The notes under the pieces were generated by a model. It made no database searches. It was not told where the DNA came from and worked only from the letters and a program-made list of their open reading frames with translations. Positions 1 through 10,544 of a stretch of DNA of 64,000 nucleotides are shown here, one piece after another. The position numbers and the translations under genes were made by a program. This DNA comes from Hyphomicrobiales bacterium. Lineage in GTDB: Bacteria > Pseudomonadota > Alphaproteobacteria > Rhizobiales > Aestuariivirgaceae. The stretch lies in assembly GCA_025359265.1 (NCBI GenBank), contig JANYHB010000035.1, positions 58,084 through 122,083 on the forward strand, written 5' to 3'. The stretch's first letter is position 1. Each line of letters starts with the position of its first letter.

Positions 1-73
1 TGGAAACACCAGAGGCGGCTGCCGCCATGGCCTCAACAAATTGATGAGAAAGAGTTGGCTGTGGTTCAGACAT
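1..73 (-). CDS. Flavin reductase-like protein, N-terminal fragment (continues off the left edge)
   Basis: Manual translation from ATG at 73: MSEPQPTLSHQFVEAMAAAASGVS, resembling the F..AM...ASGV(T/S)VVT start of flavin reductases; AGGAA upstream. Confidence 0.55.
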   Translation of the reverse strand, partial: MSEPQPTLSHQFVEAMAAAASGVS

Positions 74-151
74 GGCGTTCCTATCGCGGGCAAAAACTAT
101 TCTGTCAAATCAGGGCAGTTAACATTATGAATGGGCCACTGGAGATTTGCG

Positions 152-2776
152 ATGCGCACACAAACACCGAAAGCCATTCAGCTGAAGGACTATCGGCCGA
201 CGCCCTATTTGATTGACAAGGTTCGATTGGTGTTCAAACTTCACCCCAGTGAAACCCATGTGTCGGCCGAGATCCACTTTCGACCAAACCCAAAAATAAA
301 TTCGCGGGGCAAGCCGCTTGAACTTGATGGGGAAAAAATCACGCTGCTCAGCGCTGTGATTGACGGAAAGCCGTTGGCAGAGACGGAGTTTCGTTTGACC
401 GCCAATAAGCTGGTTGTTGCCCGTGTTCCCCAGAAGCCATTCAAGCTGGTCCTTGAAACAACCTGCAACCCGCAAAGCAACACTGAACTTTCTGGGCTCT
501 ATATGTCAAACGGCATTTATTGCACGCAGTGTGAGGCAGAAGGTTTTCGCCGAATAACTTATTTCTATGATCGGCCTGATGTGATGGCGCGCTATGACGT
601 GCGCATCGAAGCACCCAGTGCCCTACCCGTGCTTTTGTCGAACGGTAACCCGGGCACCAAAGGTGCCATTTATCAAAGTGAACGACACTTCGCCGAGTGG
701 CAGGACCCGCACCCCAAACCCGCTTATTTGTTTGCGCTTGTCGCTGGTGATTTGGCCCATGTTGAAGAACTGTTCACCACGGTTGAAAATCGACCAGTGA
801 AGCTCAGCATATATGTGGAAAAGGGCAAAGAAAATCGGTGCTCGTGGGCCATGGAGTCTTTGAAAGCCGCCATGCGATGGGACGAGAGGGAGTTCAAGCG
901 CGCCTATGATTTAGACGTGTTCAATATCGTCGCCGTATCTGATTTCAACATGGGTGCGATGGAGAACAAGGGGCTGAATATATTTAACGACAAATACATT
1001 CTTGCCATTCCCGAAACCGCAACCGACAGTGACTATGAGTTAATCGAAACCATAATTGCCCATGAATATTTTCATAATTGGACAGGCAACCGCATCACCT
1101 GCCGCGATTGGTTTCAACTTTGTTTAAAAGAAGGGCTCACCGTTTACCGCGACCAAGAGTTCACATCAGACATACGCTCGCGCGCGGTGAAGCGCATTGA
1201 GGATGTGCAAGATTTGCGCGATGCGCAATTTCCAGAAGATTTCGGCCCGCTGCAGCATTCTCCTCGCCCGGCAAGCTATATGGAGATCAACAACTTTTAC
1301 ACATCCACGGTTTACGAAAAGGGCGCGGAGATTTGTCGCATGATCAAAACTTTGATTGGCGACAAAGCCTTTGCCAAAGCGATGCAACTTTACTTCAAGC
1401 GCCATGACGGCGAGGCGGCAACCGTTGATCAATTTATGCGCTGCTTCGAGATTGCCGCTGGCCGCAGCTTGCAGCAATTTTTGCGCTGGTATGACCAAGC
1501 CGGCACGCCCCAAGTTTCTGTTAGGGAAATGTATAATGCGAAACGGAAAGTCTATTCGCTCACGCTATCACAAAAAACCAAACGAATAAGGGGGCAAAAG
1601 CCCAAACAGCCATTTCACATTCCGCTTGAAATTGGATTTATTGCGGCTGATGGCACAAGCGCCCAGGCGGGCAGCAAGCTTATTGAGTTGACCAAGGGCA
1701 ACCAAGAATTCAAATTCAAAAATATGGCAGCCAAGCCCGTTCTCTCGTTCAATCGTGGCTTTTCCGCTCCGATCATCGTCCGGCGCAGAGTATCAGCGAA
1801 GGATCAATTCTTGCTGATGCGACACGACACGGATTCGTTTAACCGTTGGGAGACCAGTCAAAATCTGGCCTGCGGTTTAATTCTCGAGAATTATCGCAAG
1901 GGCAGATCAGCGCGGTGGGACAAGCGTGTGGCAGCCTTTGGTGAAGCCATTATTCATATGTTGCAGAGTGATAGTTTGGAAGATGCCTACAAGGCCAAGA
2001 TTTTAGCGTTTCCTGATTATGAAGTGTTGATGGCAAGTTTGCGCAAAAACATCGATGCCACCAAGCTTGCGGCTTCTCGAAACGCCTTTCTCCAGTCATT
2101 GGCGCAAGGCCAGAGCATGGAAATAAACAATCTCATGCGAGCAACGGAAGATCGCAGCCCCTATAAGCCGACTGGCGCGAGCAATGGCAAACGTGCGCTG
2201 CGCTATGCGTTGCTGGAATTAGCGTGTGAAGGTTCGCTTGCCTGGGCTGAGCAAGCCGTGGCAAGCGAAGATGAAAATGCTGGCAATATGACGGCTGAGT
2301 TTGCAGCGCTTGAGTTTGCCGCACGCCTTAACAATCGTGTGGGCGATGATATTGTTGATCGCTTCTACCAACGCCATGGCAAGGATTCGCTTTTGATCAA
2401 CAAGTGGTTTGCGGCGCAAGCGATGGTTCCCGGCGATGCCGCCGTTGCGCGCGTCAAAACACTCTTATTGCATCATGATTTCAGTTGGAAAACACCTAAC
2501 CGGGTTTATGCCCTGTTGCGCAATTTCATCGATGCAAATTTCACCGGCTTCCACGCTATAAGCAGCGCCGGCTATGAGTTGGCCGCAGATGCAATCCTCA
2601 AACTTGATGACATAAATCCGCAAGTGGCATCGCGCCTTGCCACCGGCTTTAGCAGTTGGCAGATGTTTGATCGGCCTAGGCGGGCCGGAGCGCAAAAGGC
2701 AATGCAAAGAGTTTTGAAAAAGAAACCACTTTCAACTGATGTTTATGAGATCATAACAAGAACATTAGCCGGATAA
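152..2776 (+). CDS. pepN: Aminopeptidase N (M1 family)
   Basis: GAMEN and HEYFH...KE zinc motifs, TQCEAEGFRRIT; GGAGA RBS at 141-145 before ATG 152. Confidence 0.97.
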   Translation: MRTQTPKAIQLKDYRPTPYLIDKVRLVFKLHPSETHVSAEIHFRPNPKINSRGKPLELDGEKITLLSAVIDGKPLAETEFRLTANKLVVARVPQKPFKLVLETTCNPQSNTELSGLYMSNGIYCTQCEAEGFRRITYFYDRPDVMARYDVRIEAPSALPVLLSNGNPGTKGAIYQSERHFAEWQDPHPKPAYLFALVAGDLAHVEELFTTVENRPVKLSIYVEKGKENRCSWAMESLKAAMRWDEREFKRAYDLDVFNIVAVSDFNMGAMENKGLNIFNDKYILAIPETATDSDYELIETIIAHEYFHNWTGNRITCRDWFQLCLKEGLTVYRDQEFTSDIRSRAVKRIEDVQDLRDAQFPEDFGPLQHSPRPASYMEINNFYTSTVYEKGAEICRMIKTLIGDKAFAKAMQLYFKRHDGEAATVDQFMRCFEIAAGRSLQQFLRWYDQAGTPQVSVREMYNAKRKVYSLTLSQKTKRIRGQKPKQPFHIPLEIGFIAADGTSAQAGSKLIELTKGNQEFKFKNMAAKPVLSFNRGFSAPIIVRRRVSAKDQFLLMRHDTDSFNRWETSQNLACGLILENYRKGRSARWDKRVAAFGEAIIHMLQSDSLEDAYKAKILAFPDYEVLMASLRKNIDATKLAASRNAFLQSLAQGQSMEINNLMRATEDRSPYKPTGASNGKRALRYALLELACEGSLAWAEQAVASEDENAGNMTAEFAALEFAARLNNRVGDDIVDRFYQRHGKDSLLINKWFAAQAMVPGDAAVARVKTLLLHHDFSWKTPNRVYALLRNFIDANFTGFHAISSAGYELAADAILKLDDINPQVASRLATGFSSWQMFDRPRRAGAQKAMQRVLKKKPLSTDVYEIITRTLAG

Positions 2777-2882
2777 ATTCACTGTCTCACCCCTAGGCAA
2801 ATCAGTGCTCCGCTTGTTATCGCTAAAGGCGGTTGATGCTGCGTGATCGTGCTTTTTCGTTGTTTCCCTAAGGTATGCAGAT

Positions 2883-5180
2883 TTGGCGAAGGCCCAACTC
2901 AAAGAATTATTCTTCCGAGATAGTTCCCTGCGCTTGCCGCTGGTGGCTGGGCATGGCCTAAAAGTGACTGAGCGCACCATGCGCATATTGATAACCGTTT
3001 TAACGGGGCTATTCGTGGCTATGCTGGCCGCCGCGCTGCTTTCACAACTCTGGGCCAGCCGCAATCAAAGCCTGGCCGACGAAAGCCGGCTCACGTTGGT
3101 AGACGCTGAACGCGCCGCGCAAAACATCATGCTCGCTGCGGCTGAACCAAATGTGACCGGGCATTTATCACTCGATCAAGCGTTGCTGGATAAATCCGTG
3201 CCGATCGATGCCGCGGCGCATGATCGATTTTTTATCTTGCTCGACGCCACGGGAACCATTGTCGCCGCCGTGCCCCATCATGCCAATTGGAACGGCAAAT
3301 CCGTCGCCACCGTTTTGGGGAATGATTTTGTCACCCACGCCATGGTGAACGGCAGTGAAATGGCACCCTTGGTATTGGCCTCCGGCGAAGATGCCTTCAT
3401 GGCCTCGCGTGATCTTGGAAAACTGCCCGGCAGCTTGCTGGCTTTGCAAAAAAAGGATGATGTGCTGTCGATTTGGCGCAGCGGTGTGGCCAAACTCACC
3501 GGCTTGTTTGTGGTTACACTGATGGTGCTGCTGTTATTGGCAGGGGCTTTCCACTGGCAAGCGGGCAAGGCCTTCGATGCTGATGAGATGTTGAGCCATG
3601 CCACAGGCCGCCTGGATAAGGCATTGGAAGGTGGTGAGTGCGGCATGTGGGATTGGAATCTGATGGGGGACAAAATTTTCTGGTCCATGTCGATGTATGA
3701 AATTCTCGGCATGAAGCCAAAGGGCGACTATCTTTCATTCAGCGAATTCTCGCACCGCCTTCATCATGATGATGCGCGGTTAGACTATTTGATTGATGAT
3801 TTGCTGCGTGGCAAACGCAAGGATTTTGATCAGGAATTCCGCATGCGCCACGAGAATGGGAGTTTCATCTGGCTGCGTGCCAGGGCTGCCCTTGCCAAGG
3901 GTCGTGCTTCGAACGACCCACACCTGGTTGGCATTGTTTTTGATATTTCCAAACAAAAGCAACTCGACACGTTGAACCAAGAGGCCGAGATGCGCTTGAA
4001 AGATGCGGTCGAAAATATTTCTGAAGCCTTTGTGCTGTGGGATACGGAAAGCCGATTGGTTTTATGCAATACGAAATATCAGCAGTTCCATTCTCTGGCA
4101 CAGGATGTTTGCGAACCGGGCACACCTTACAGTGTTGTGGCGGCAGCGGCAAAGGAACCAGTGGTGCAGCAGTTCGTTTCGGCAGAGCGCGATTCATCCT
4201 CTGGTGCGCGCTCAATGGAAGTGCAGTTTGCTGATGGGCGCTGGTTGCAGATCAATGAGCGGCGCACCAAAGATGGTGGCTTTGTGTCTGTGGGTACTGA
4301 TATCACGGCATTGAAAACACAAGAAACCTATCTGCTTGAGTCTGAGCGTAACCTGATGGTGACGGTTAAGGACCTGCAAAAGGAACGTCAATTCGCTGAA
4401 GAGCAATCGCAAAGCCTTGCGGAGCTTGCCGATAAATATGCTTCAGAAAAAGCCCGAGCGGAAGCTGCCAACCGGTCAAAATCTGAATTCTTGGCGAATA
4501 TGAGCCATGAATTGCGCACCCCATTGAATGCCATCATCGGGTTTTCTGAAATCATGTCGCAGCAGATTTTTGGGCCGCTTGGCTCATCCAAATATGATGA
4601 ATACGCCAATGATATTCGCAAAAGCGGGCAATTTCTGTTGGATGTGATCAATGATATTCTTGACATGTCCAAAATTGAGGCTGGTAAAACCGATCTTGAG
4701 CTGGCGCCGGTGCAAGTGGGCGAATTGATTGATGAAGTATTGCGGTTGATTGGCCCTCGCGCGGCAGAGGGTAAAATTATCATCGAAAAAGACCTGCGCA
4801 AAGTTCCGCATTTCATGGCCGATAAACGGGCATTAAAACAGGTGCTGATCAACATCATGGCCAATGCCGTAAAATTCACGCCTGAAGGTGGCGTTGTAAG
4901 GCTTGTGGTCACGCACGATAAAAGCATTATTCGGCTCCAAATCATCGACACCGGTATTGGTATTCCGCCGCACGACATTGAAAAAATTGGCCGGCCGTTT
5001 GAGCAAGTTGAAAACCAATTCACCAAGAGCAAGGGTGGATCAGGCCTTGGGCTGGCCATTTCAAAGTCTCTCGTGGCGCTGCATGGGGGCAAACTCATCA
5101 TTGCCTCGCGGCAAGGCAAAGGCACAACCGTTACCGTTGATTTGCCAATCGTTGCAGACACCGCTTCACAGGCCGCATGA
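2883..5180 (+). CDS. pleC: PAS-domain sensor histidine kinase, PleC-like
   Basis: Two TM segments, PAS domains, FLANMSHELRTPLNAIIGFSE H-box, KGGSGLGLAISK; next to pepN as is usual for pleC; TTG start uncertain. Confidence 0.8.
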   Translation: MAKAQLKELFFRDSSLRLPLVAGHGLKVTERTMRILITVLTGLFVAMLAAALLSQLWASRNQSLADESRLTLVDAERAAQNIMLAAAEPNVTGHLSLDQALLDKSVPIDAAAHDRFFILLDATGTIVAAVPHHANWNGKSVATVLGNDFVTHAMVNGSEMAPLVLASGEDAFMASRDLGKLPGSLLALQKKDDVLSIWRSGVAKLTGLFVVTLMVLLLLAGAFHWQAGKAFDADEMLSHATGRLDKALEGGECGMWDWNLMGDKIFWSMSMYEILGMKPKGDYLSFSEFSHRLHHDDARLDYLIDDLLRGKRKDFDQEFRMRHENGSFIWLRARAALAKGRASNDPHLVGIVFDISKQKQLDTLNQEAEMRLKDAVENISEAFVLWDTESRLVLCNTKYQQFHSLAQDVCEPGTPYSVVAAAAKEPVVQQFVSAERDSSSGARSMEVQFADGRWLQINERRTKDGGFVSVGTDITALKTQETYLLESERNLMVTVKDLQKERQFAEEQSQSLAELADKYASEKARAEAANRSKSEFLANMSHELRTPLNAIIGFSEIMSQQIFGPLGSSKYDEYANDIRKSGQFLLDVINDILDMSKIEAGKTDLELAPVQVGELIDEVLRLIGPRAAEGKIIIEKDLRKVPHFMADKRALKQVLINIMANAVKFTPEGGVVRLVVTHDKSIIRLQIIDTGIGIPPHDIEKIGRPFEQVENQFTKSKGGSGLGLAISKSLVALHGGKLIIASRQGKGTTVTVDLPIVADTASQAA

Positions 5181-5184
5181 GAGA

Positions 5185-5685
5185 TTATTTTTGGTGCTGA
5201 AACCGTTCCTCGATTGCCTTGGCCAAAAGCACGCGTTCATCGAATGACAGTTTGATGTAAAAATCTTTCAACACCGCGCCACCCTTGGCGGCAACGCTTT
5301 CAGGCCCGGTGGTAAAGCCATCAATAAGCTCGGCAATGCGGCTGGCATCAAATTCGGGTTTCACCAGTTCAGCCGCCACCTTTTGCGCATTACCGGTTGA
5401 AAGCAGACGGGCCTTTTCCAACTCAACTTTGCTTGCGCGAAAAGCCAAGCCCAACTCCCGGCGGCGCTCTCGTGGCAATTCTGCAAAAAAACGCTGCGGC
5501 ACAAATTGCATATAATTTGCCGCACCGGGACGATCCATCGGATTGCTTCGGTAATGTTGCCCCAGAAGAATACCAAGTATCGCCAAATTTATCATCAAAG
5601 AGGCCAAGAGCAGCACACGCCAAAGCCCATGGCTGGTATCTGGCAACCAAGTTTTTTTGTGGTTATGGGAAGGAACGTCACTCAT
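5185..5685 (-). CDS. Periplasmic heavy-metal sensor / Spy-CpxP-ZraP-like protein
   Basis: TM LLLASLMINLAILGILLG followed by a helical domain; start overlaps stop of upstream gene. Confidence 0.7.
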   Translation of the reverse strand: MSDVPSHNHKKTWLPDTSHGLWRVLLLASLMINLAILGILLGQHYRSNPMDRPGAANYMQFVPQRFFAELPRERRRELGLAFRASKVELEKARLLSTGNAQKVAAELVKPEFDASRIAELIDGFTTGPESVAAKGGAVLKDFYIKLSFDERVLLAKAIEERFQHQK

Positions 5686-6044
5686 GTGGCGTTATCCGCG
5701 TCGAAGCTGCCGATCTCGTCTATGCCCGCGGGGCCGAAGTCACTGTCTGAGCCCAACATCGCAGACTCGGTTGCGGCGGCAACAGCGTTGCTGACGGGGC
5801 CTTGCGTTCCCAACCAAATGCCAAGCATCAACGAAGCTGCCAGAGCCGCGGGCATTTGCCAACGCCAAACTCCAGCTGGCGCCGGCTTGGCCCGTTGCGG
5901 AAACGGCACAACATTATTGAGGCTTTCACTTGCCACGCGAACCATCAGGCGCTGTTCAGCACCCCAAGGAATTTCAGGAACACCTGCAGCATCAAGCAAT
6001 CCATCCAGTTCCTCCTCAGACAAAATCATATCTTTCCCCGTCAT
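5682..6044 (-). CDS. Putative single-TM anti-sigma factor
   Basis: Start coupled (TGATG) to the ECF sigma stop; one TM AALAASLMLGIWLG. Confidence 0.6.
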   Translation of the reverse strand: MTGKDMILSEEELDGLLDAAGVPEIPWGAEQRLMVRVASESLNNVVPFPQRAKPAPAGVWRWQMPAALAASLMLGIWLGTQGPVSNAVAAATESAMLGSDSDFGPAGIDEIGSFDADNAT

Positions 6045-6661
6045 CAATCCTTCTCCATTGCTCTCAAAAGTTGCGTGCCTTGAGGGCCTAGACATTCTTT
6101 CAATCCGCGACGCGCCCTGGCCAGCAAGCTCTCCAATGCATCAACACTAATTTCCATGTGTGCAGCCGCAGCTATATTTGTCATTTGTTCAAAATGCACG
6201 AAAGTCAAAGCCAGCTTCTGTCGATCAGGCAACTGCGCGATGGCAGCGTCCATTGTTTTGGAAACGTAGGCCAAGCCCATTTGTTCATCAGCAGATGCCG
6301 CACCATCAACCACATCAAAGGCTGTGTCCAAATCTTGAAGTGGCTTTTTCCTAAAGCGATCCATTACCAAGTTGGAAGCAACGCGCAGCAACCAGCCTTT
6401 CAAGGCTTTTGCTTCGCGCAACTGTTCTGGCTTGGCCCAGAGACGCAAAAATGCCTCTTGCGCAATATCTTCGCTATCCGCATGGCCACCGGAAATGCGC
6501 CACACCACACGGTAAACATCTTTGTAATAACGTGATACCAGAACCGCAAACGCCGCTTGCACGCGGCGCGCAGAGGCATCAAGCAAAACCGCGTCACTTG
6601 CGGTTCCCCAATTACTCGATGCCAGAACTGGCAAAATGCGAATGGCCAACACTGCTCCCAT
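6044..6661 (-). CDS. ECF sigma-70 family RNA polymerase sigma factor
   Basis: Region 2 SEDIAQEAFLRLW and WLLRVASNLVMDRFR; region 4 LPDRQKLAL...LESLLARARRGLK. Confidence 0.9.
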   Translation of the reverse strand: MGAVLAIRILPVLASSNWGTASDAVLLDASARRVQAAFAVLVSRYYKDVYRVVWRISGGHADSEDIAQEAFLRLWAKPEQLREAKALKGWLLRVASNLVMDRFRKKPLQDLDTAFDVVDGAASADEQMGLAYVSKTMDAAIAQLPDRQKLALTFVHFEQMTNIAAAAHMEISVDALESLLARARRGLKECLGPQGTQLLRAMEKD

Positions 6662-6720
6662 GCACTTTAGAAGACGCCAAAAGCAAAAGATTCCGTCTCT
6701 TGCTGTTCAACGGTAAAACA

Positions 6721-8109
6721 TTAACCGTCTGGCGCGGCATAAGGCAGATGCAGTTCGGCCCGCAGGCCGGGAAGGTTTGATTTCAAAATAATCTTTCCAT
6801 TCAATAGGTTGGCAACACTGGCGACAAGGCTCAAACCCAATCCATTGCCGGGTTTAGAGCGGCTCTCGTCCAGGCGTACAAAGCGTTGCAGCACGCGCGG
6901 TTTGTCGCTGTCTGGAATTCCTGGTCCATTGTCTGAAACAGTGATGATGATGTCTTGGCCCTGTTTGATGCCGCTCACCTCAATGCGCGCCCCGCCCGAT
7001 TTGCTCTCACCATATTTCATTGCGTTGTCTACGAGGTTGGTGAGGGCCTGCGCCATGATTTCGCGCTTACCACGCACAAACAGCCCCGGCGTGGAATTCA
7101 ACACCAATGCGCCATGGTTTTCTTCCGCCAAGGGAGCATAAAGATCCACCACGTCTTCCAAAATTTCATGCGCATCCAGAACTTGCAGATTGCTGCGCTG
7201 TTCACCGGATTCGAGTTGGGTGATGGACAGCACCGCGTTGAATGTAGAAAGCAGCGCGTCGCTGTCTGCCAGGGTTTGCTCCATTGTGGTTTTGTATTCA
7301 TTTGGATTTTCCTGGCGAAGAGCCGCTTCAATGCGGGCGCGCAATCGTGTGAGTGGTGTGCGCAAGTCGTGCGCCACATTGCTGGAAACTTCGCGCATTC
7401 CCTGAACCAGTTTTTCAATTTGCCCCAGCATCTCATTCAACGACTGAGCCAGCCGGTCCAACTCATCGCCCGAACCGCTGGTCGGCATCCGACCGCTCAA
7501 ATTGCCATGCATGATCTCACGGCTGCTGTCGGTTATGGCATCAATACGGCGCAAGAAATTACGGCTGATCAAATACCCCCCGCCCAGCCCCATGGCCAGG
7601 GCCAAGGCGAGGCCCCAATAAAATGCTTTACGGATGACGATCAGAAATTGGTTCAGATCTTCCACGTCCTGCCCAACAATAAGCTGATAATCCTGGGGCA
7701 GCTGCATATTAAAGCCACGCACTTGATGGCCCACCGTGCCATCTGCGTCACCAAGGCGAATGGCGAAATCAATCCACTGATTATCGGGCAGAGCATTGAT
7801 TGACGGGGTGTGTAAATTGCCGGCAAGATAAGCGCCTTGCGCATCTGCCAACATAAACAGCATAGGTGATTTGGCTTCAATCCGGCGATTGATGGCAGCA
7901 ATCAAACCTTCCAGGCCTTGGGTGCCATATTGGTCTACCAATCCAGCAACTTCGGCGCCGATGGTTTCTTCATTCTGGCGTTGCAGCAAGCCAACCGTGT
8001 TGAAGTAAATATATCCCAACAATGCGATGGTGGAGAGCAAGAAAAATAAAAGATAAAGAGCCGAAAGGCGAAAGGTTGAGCTTTTGAGCGGGTTGCCGTC
8101 AGCGCGCAC
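6721..8109 (-). CDS. HAMP sensor histidine kinase (CpxA-like)
   Basis: Two TMs, HAMP, NVAHDLRTPLTRLR H-box, GNGLGLSLV. Confidence 0.92.
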   Translation of the reverse strand: MRADGNPLKSSTFRLSALYLLFFLLSTIALLGYIYFNTVGLLQRQNEETIGAEVAGLVDQYGTQGLEGLIAAINRRIEAKSPMLFMLADAQGAYLAGNLHTPSINALPDNQWIDFAIRLGDADGTVGHQVRGFNMQLPQDYQLIVGQDVEDLNQFLIVIRKAFYWGLALALAMGLGGGYLISRNFLRRIDAITDSSREIMHGNLSGRMPTSGSGDELDRLAQSLNEMLGQIEKLVQGMREVSSNVAHDLRTPLTRLRARIEAALRQENPNEYKTTMEQTLADSDALLSTFNAVLSITQLESGEQRSNLQVLDAHEILEDVVDLYAPLAEENHGALVLNSTPGLFVRGKREIMAQALTNLVDNAMKYGESKSGGARIEVSGIKQGQDIIITVSDNGPGIPDSDKPRVLQRFVRLDESRSKPGNGLGLSLVASVANLLNGKIILKSNLPGLRAELHLPYAAPDG

Positions 8110-8773
8110 GAATCATATAACCCGCGCCGCGCACGGTTTGCAAAAGTGGCGTGGCAAAGCCCTTGTCAAGTTTGCCGCGCAATCGTGAGACGTGCACATC
8201 AATCACGTTTGTTTGCGGATCAAAGTGATAATCCCAAACATTTTCAAGCAGCATCGTGCGGGTGACGATGTGGCCGGCATTACGCACCAGATATTCGAGC
8301 AACTTGAATTCACGCGGCTGCAAAATGATGGCTTTGCCACCGCGCGAGATGGTGCGTGTCATCAAATCAATTTCCAAATCCAGAACGCGGAGTTTCGCGT
8401 CTTTCGGGTCCAGCAATTTGCGGGCGCCGAGGCCTTCAACGCGGGCCAACAGCTCGGCAAAGGAATAGGGTTTCGCCAGGTAATCATCACCGCCGGAACG
8501 CAATCCGTTCACGCGCTCATCAACATCATTCAACGCCGAAAGAATGAGGATGGGAACTTTGTTATTTTGATCACGCAAGCTACGGATCAATTTCAACCCA
8601 TCGAGTTTGGGCAGCATGCGGTCAACGATCAGAACGTCATAAACCGCCTCGCCCGCCATGTCCAAGCCTTGTTCACCATCGCTTGCATGGTCAACAACAT
8701 GGCCGCTTTCCTTCAGGCCTTTAACCAGCCAAGACGCAGCGTCTTTGTCATCTTCAACCACCAGAATGCGCAT
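8099..8773 (-). CDS. OmpR-family response regulator (CpxR-like)
   Basis: MRILVVEDD...DRMLP...DDYLAKP, winged helix NVIDVHVSRLR, LQTVRGAGY. Confidence 0.95.
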   Translation of the reverse strand: MRILVVEDDKDAASWLVKGLKESGHVVDHASDGEQGLDMAGEAVYDVLIVDRMLPKLDGLKLIRSLRDQNNKVPILILSALNDVDERVNGLRSGGDDYLAKPYSFAELLARVEGLGARKLLDPKDAKLRVLDLEIDLMTRTISRGGKAIILQPREFKLLEYLVRNAGHIVTRTMLLENVWDYHFDPQTNVIDVHVSRLRGKLDKGFATPLLQTVRGAGYMIRAR

Positions 8774-8861
8774 GGCGCTTTCTGTGCCTTCCCTCGGTGC
8801 GTTTGTCAAACTCGCTGCGCTTTCGGCTGGCATGGAGACCTCAGTTGGGTTGTGAATGCAT

Positions 8862-8894
8862 TAAAATAATGGGCCGCCAACAAGGGGGCGGCCC
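8862..8894 (-). terminator. Intrinsic terminator downstream of degP
   Basis: GGGCCGCC (8871-8878) / GGCGGCCC (8887-8894) stem, followed on the minus strand by ATTATTTT. Confidence 0.6.
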
Positions 8895-8908
8895 TTCGGA
8901 GGATTGGT

Positions 8909-10396
8909 TCAACCCTTGGCACGCTCAAGCGTTACAAAGGTCTGGCCCTGCGCTGTTTTCACCAGCATCAAAACCTTGTTGCCACCAACCCTTTTCAGTG
9001 CTGCGTCAACGCTGGCTTGATCAGAAACGTCGACACCTGAGATTTTCAAGATCACGTCACCTTCCTTGATGCCAACATCTGCGGCGGCAGAGTTTGGATC
9101 GATCTTGATCACTTTAACGCCTCTGCCACCTGCACCCGGGCCCACTTGCAAGCCAAAGCCGGAAAGGCTGGTCGCGTCAGCTGGTGCTTCTTTGCTTGTA
9201 TCCAGATTTGCCATCTCAGGCTTTTCATTGGGCAACGTGCCCAGTGTTACAGTCACCGTTTCTGCTTTGCCGTCTCGGATGATGGCAAGCTTAACGTCTT
9301 TGCCGGGCGGGATGGAGCCGATCACTTTGGCCAAATCCCGGTCGGTCGCGATATCTGTATCATCCACTTTCAAGATTGCATCGCCAGCCTTAATTCCGGC
9401 TTTTAATGCAGGTGATTTTGCGGTGAGATCAGAAACCAAAGCGCCTTTGGTATCTTTCAAGCCCAAAGTATCGGCGATATCCGCGCTGATCGGTTGAATC
9501 TGCACGCCCAACCAGCCGCGCGTAACTTTATGATTGGTTTTCAAACTATCAATCACATTTGAAGCAGTGGATGCCGGAATGGCAAAACCAATGCCAACCG
9601 AACCGCCGGAGGGTGAATAAATCGCCGTGTTGATGCCCACCACTTCGCCATCCAGGTTAAAGGTTGGCCCACCGGAATTACCCTTGTTGATAGAAGCATC
9701 TATCTGGAGGAAATCGTCATAGGGGCCATTGCCAATGTCACGGCCGCGCGCCGAAATAATGCCGCGCGTTACGCTGCCACCAAGGCCGAACGGGTTGCCC
9801 ACAGCCATCACCGTATCGCCCACTTTGGCTTCGGTCTTGGCCCAATCGACATGCGGGAAAGTTTTGTCAGATTTGATTTTAAGCAAAGCCAAATCGGTTT
9901 TCTGATCTGTGCCAATCACCTTGGCATCATAGCTTTCACCGTTTTGAAAGGTCAGTTTTACGGTTTCCGCGTCTTGAACCACGTGGTTGTTGGTCACGGC
10001 ATAACCATCAGCAGTCAACATAAATCCTGAACCCAAGGCACGTCCACCGCCCTGTGGGCCTTGTTTGCCCTGCGGGCCGCGAAACTTGAAGCCGGGGAAT
10101 TGGTCAAAGAAATTTTTCAGGTCAGGAGGCATTTGATCGTTACCGCCGCCATTGCCCTCACCATTGTCTGCCACGGCTTTGTCTGAAAGCTTCACTTCCA
10201 CGCTGACCACAGCAGGCATGACCTTTTCCACCAATGGATTAAGTGACCGGGTGGGATCCAATCCCGCCACATCCGCTCTGGCAATTTGTGCGGGGGGCAG
10301 TGCCACCAAGGCTGATGTAAAAATGCTGGCCGTCAACAGGCCAGCTGTGACGAGACCATAAACGGTTTTACGCGAAAGACTAGAATTGCGGTTCAT
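8909..10396 (-). CDS. degP: Do/DegP-family periplasmic serine protease
   Basis: TNNHVV, DLALLK, GNSGGP catalytic triad, two PDZ domains, signal peptide; GGAG RBS before ATG 10396. Confidence 0.93.
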   Translation of the reverse strand: MNRNSSLSRKTVYGLVTAGLLTASIFTSALVALPPAQIARADVAGLDPTRSLNPLVEKVMPAVVSVEVKLSDKAVADNGEGNGGGNDQMPPDLKNFFDQFPGFKFRGPQGKQGPQGGGRALGSGFMLTADGYAVTNNHVVQDAETVKLTFQNGESYDAKVIGTDQKTDLALLKIKSDKTFPHVDWAKTEAKVGDTVMAVGNPFGLGGSVTRGIISARGRDIGNGPYDDFLQIDASINKGNSGGPTFNLDGEVVGINTAIYSPSGGSVGIGFAIPASTASNVIDSLKTNHKVTRGWLGVQIQPISADIADTLGLKDTKGALVSDLTAKSPALKAGIKAGDAILKVDDTDIATDRDLAKVIGSIPPGKDVKLAIIRDGKAETVTVTLGTLPNEKPEMANLDTSKEAPADATSLSGFGLQVGPGAGGRGVKVIKIDPNSAAADVGIKEGDVILKISGVDVSDQASVDAALKRVGGNKVLMLVKTAQGQTFVTLERAKG

Positions 10397-10441
10397 TGAA
10401 AAAATCTCCATTTGCGATGAGGCCACTCTCGGCCAGGCCGA

Positions 10442-10468
10442 GTTACGAAGACATTACTCCGCTATGAA
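10442..10468 (-). promoter_or_regulatory. Possible OmpR-type direct repeats upstream of degP
   Basis: Minus strand TTCAT-N6-GTAAT-N6-GTAAC, 11-bp period. Confidence 0.3.
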
Positions 10469-10544
10469 AGATTGGTTATGCTTGTGGCATTTCAAGGGCA
10501 AAGGGCATTTATTGTGGCAAAGCCGTGAAAAACTGAGGATAAAT

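Noticed and set aside
6955-7803. Long antisense or extended ORFs (also 38158-39084, 59888-60589, and the N-extensions of 45476-46576, 58549-59982, 37424-38845, 61438-62208)
   Set aside because: They overlap well-supported genes, lack motifs or RBS, and are expected shadows in GC-rich coding DNA
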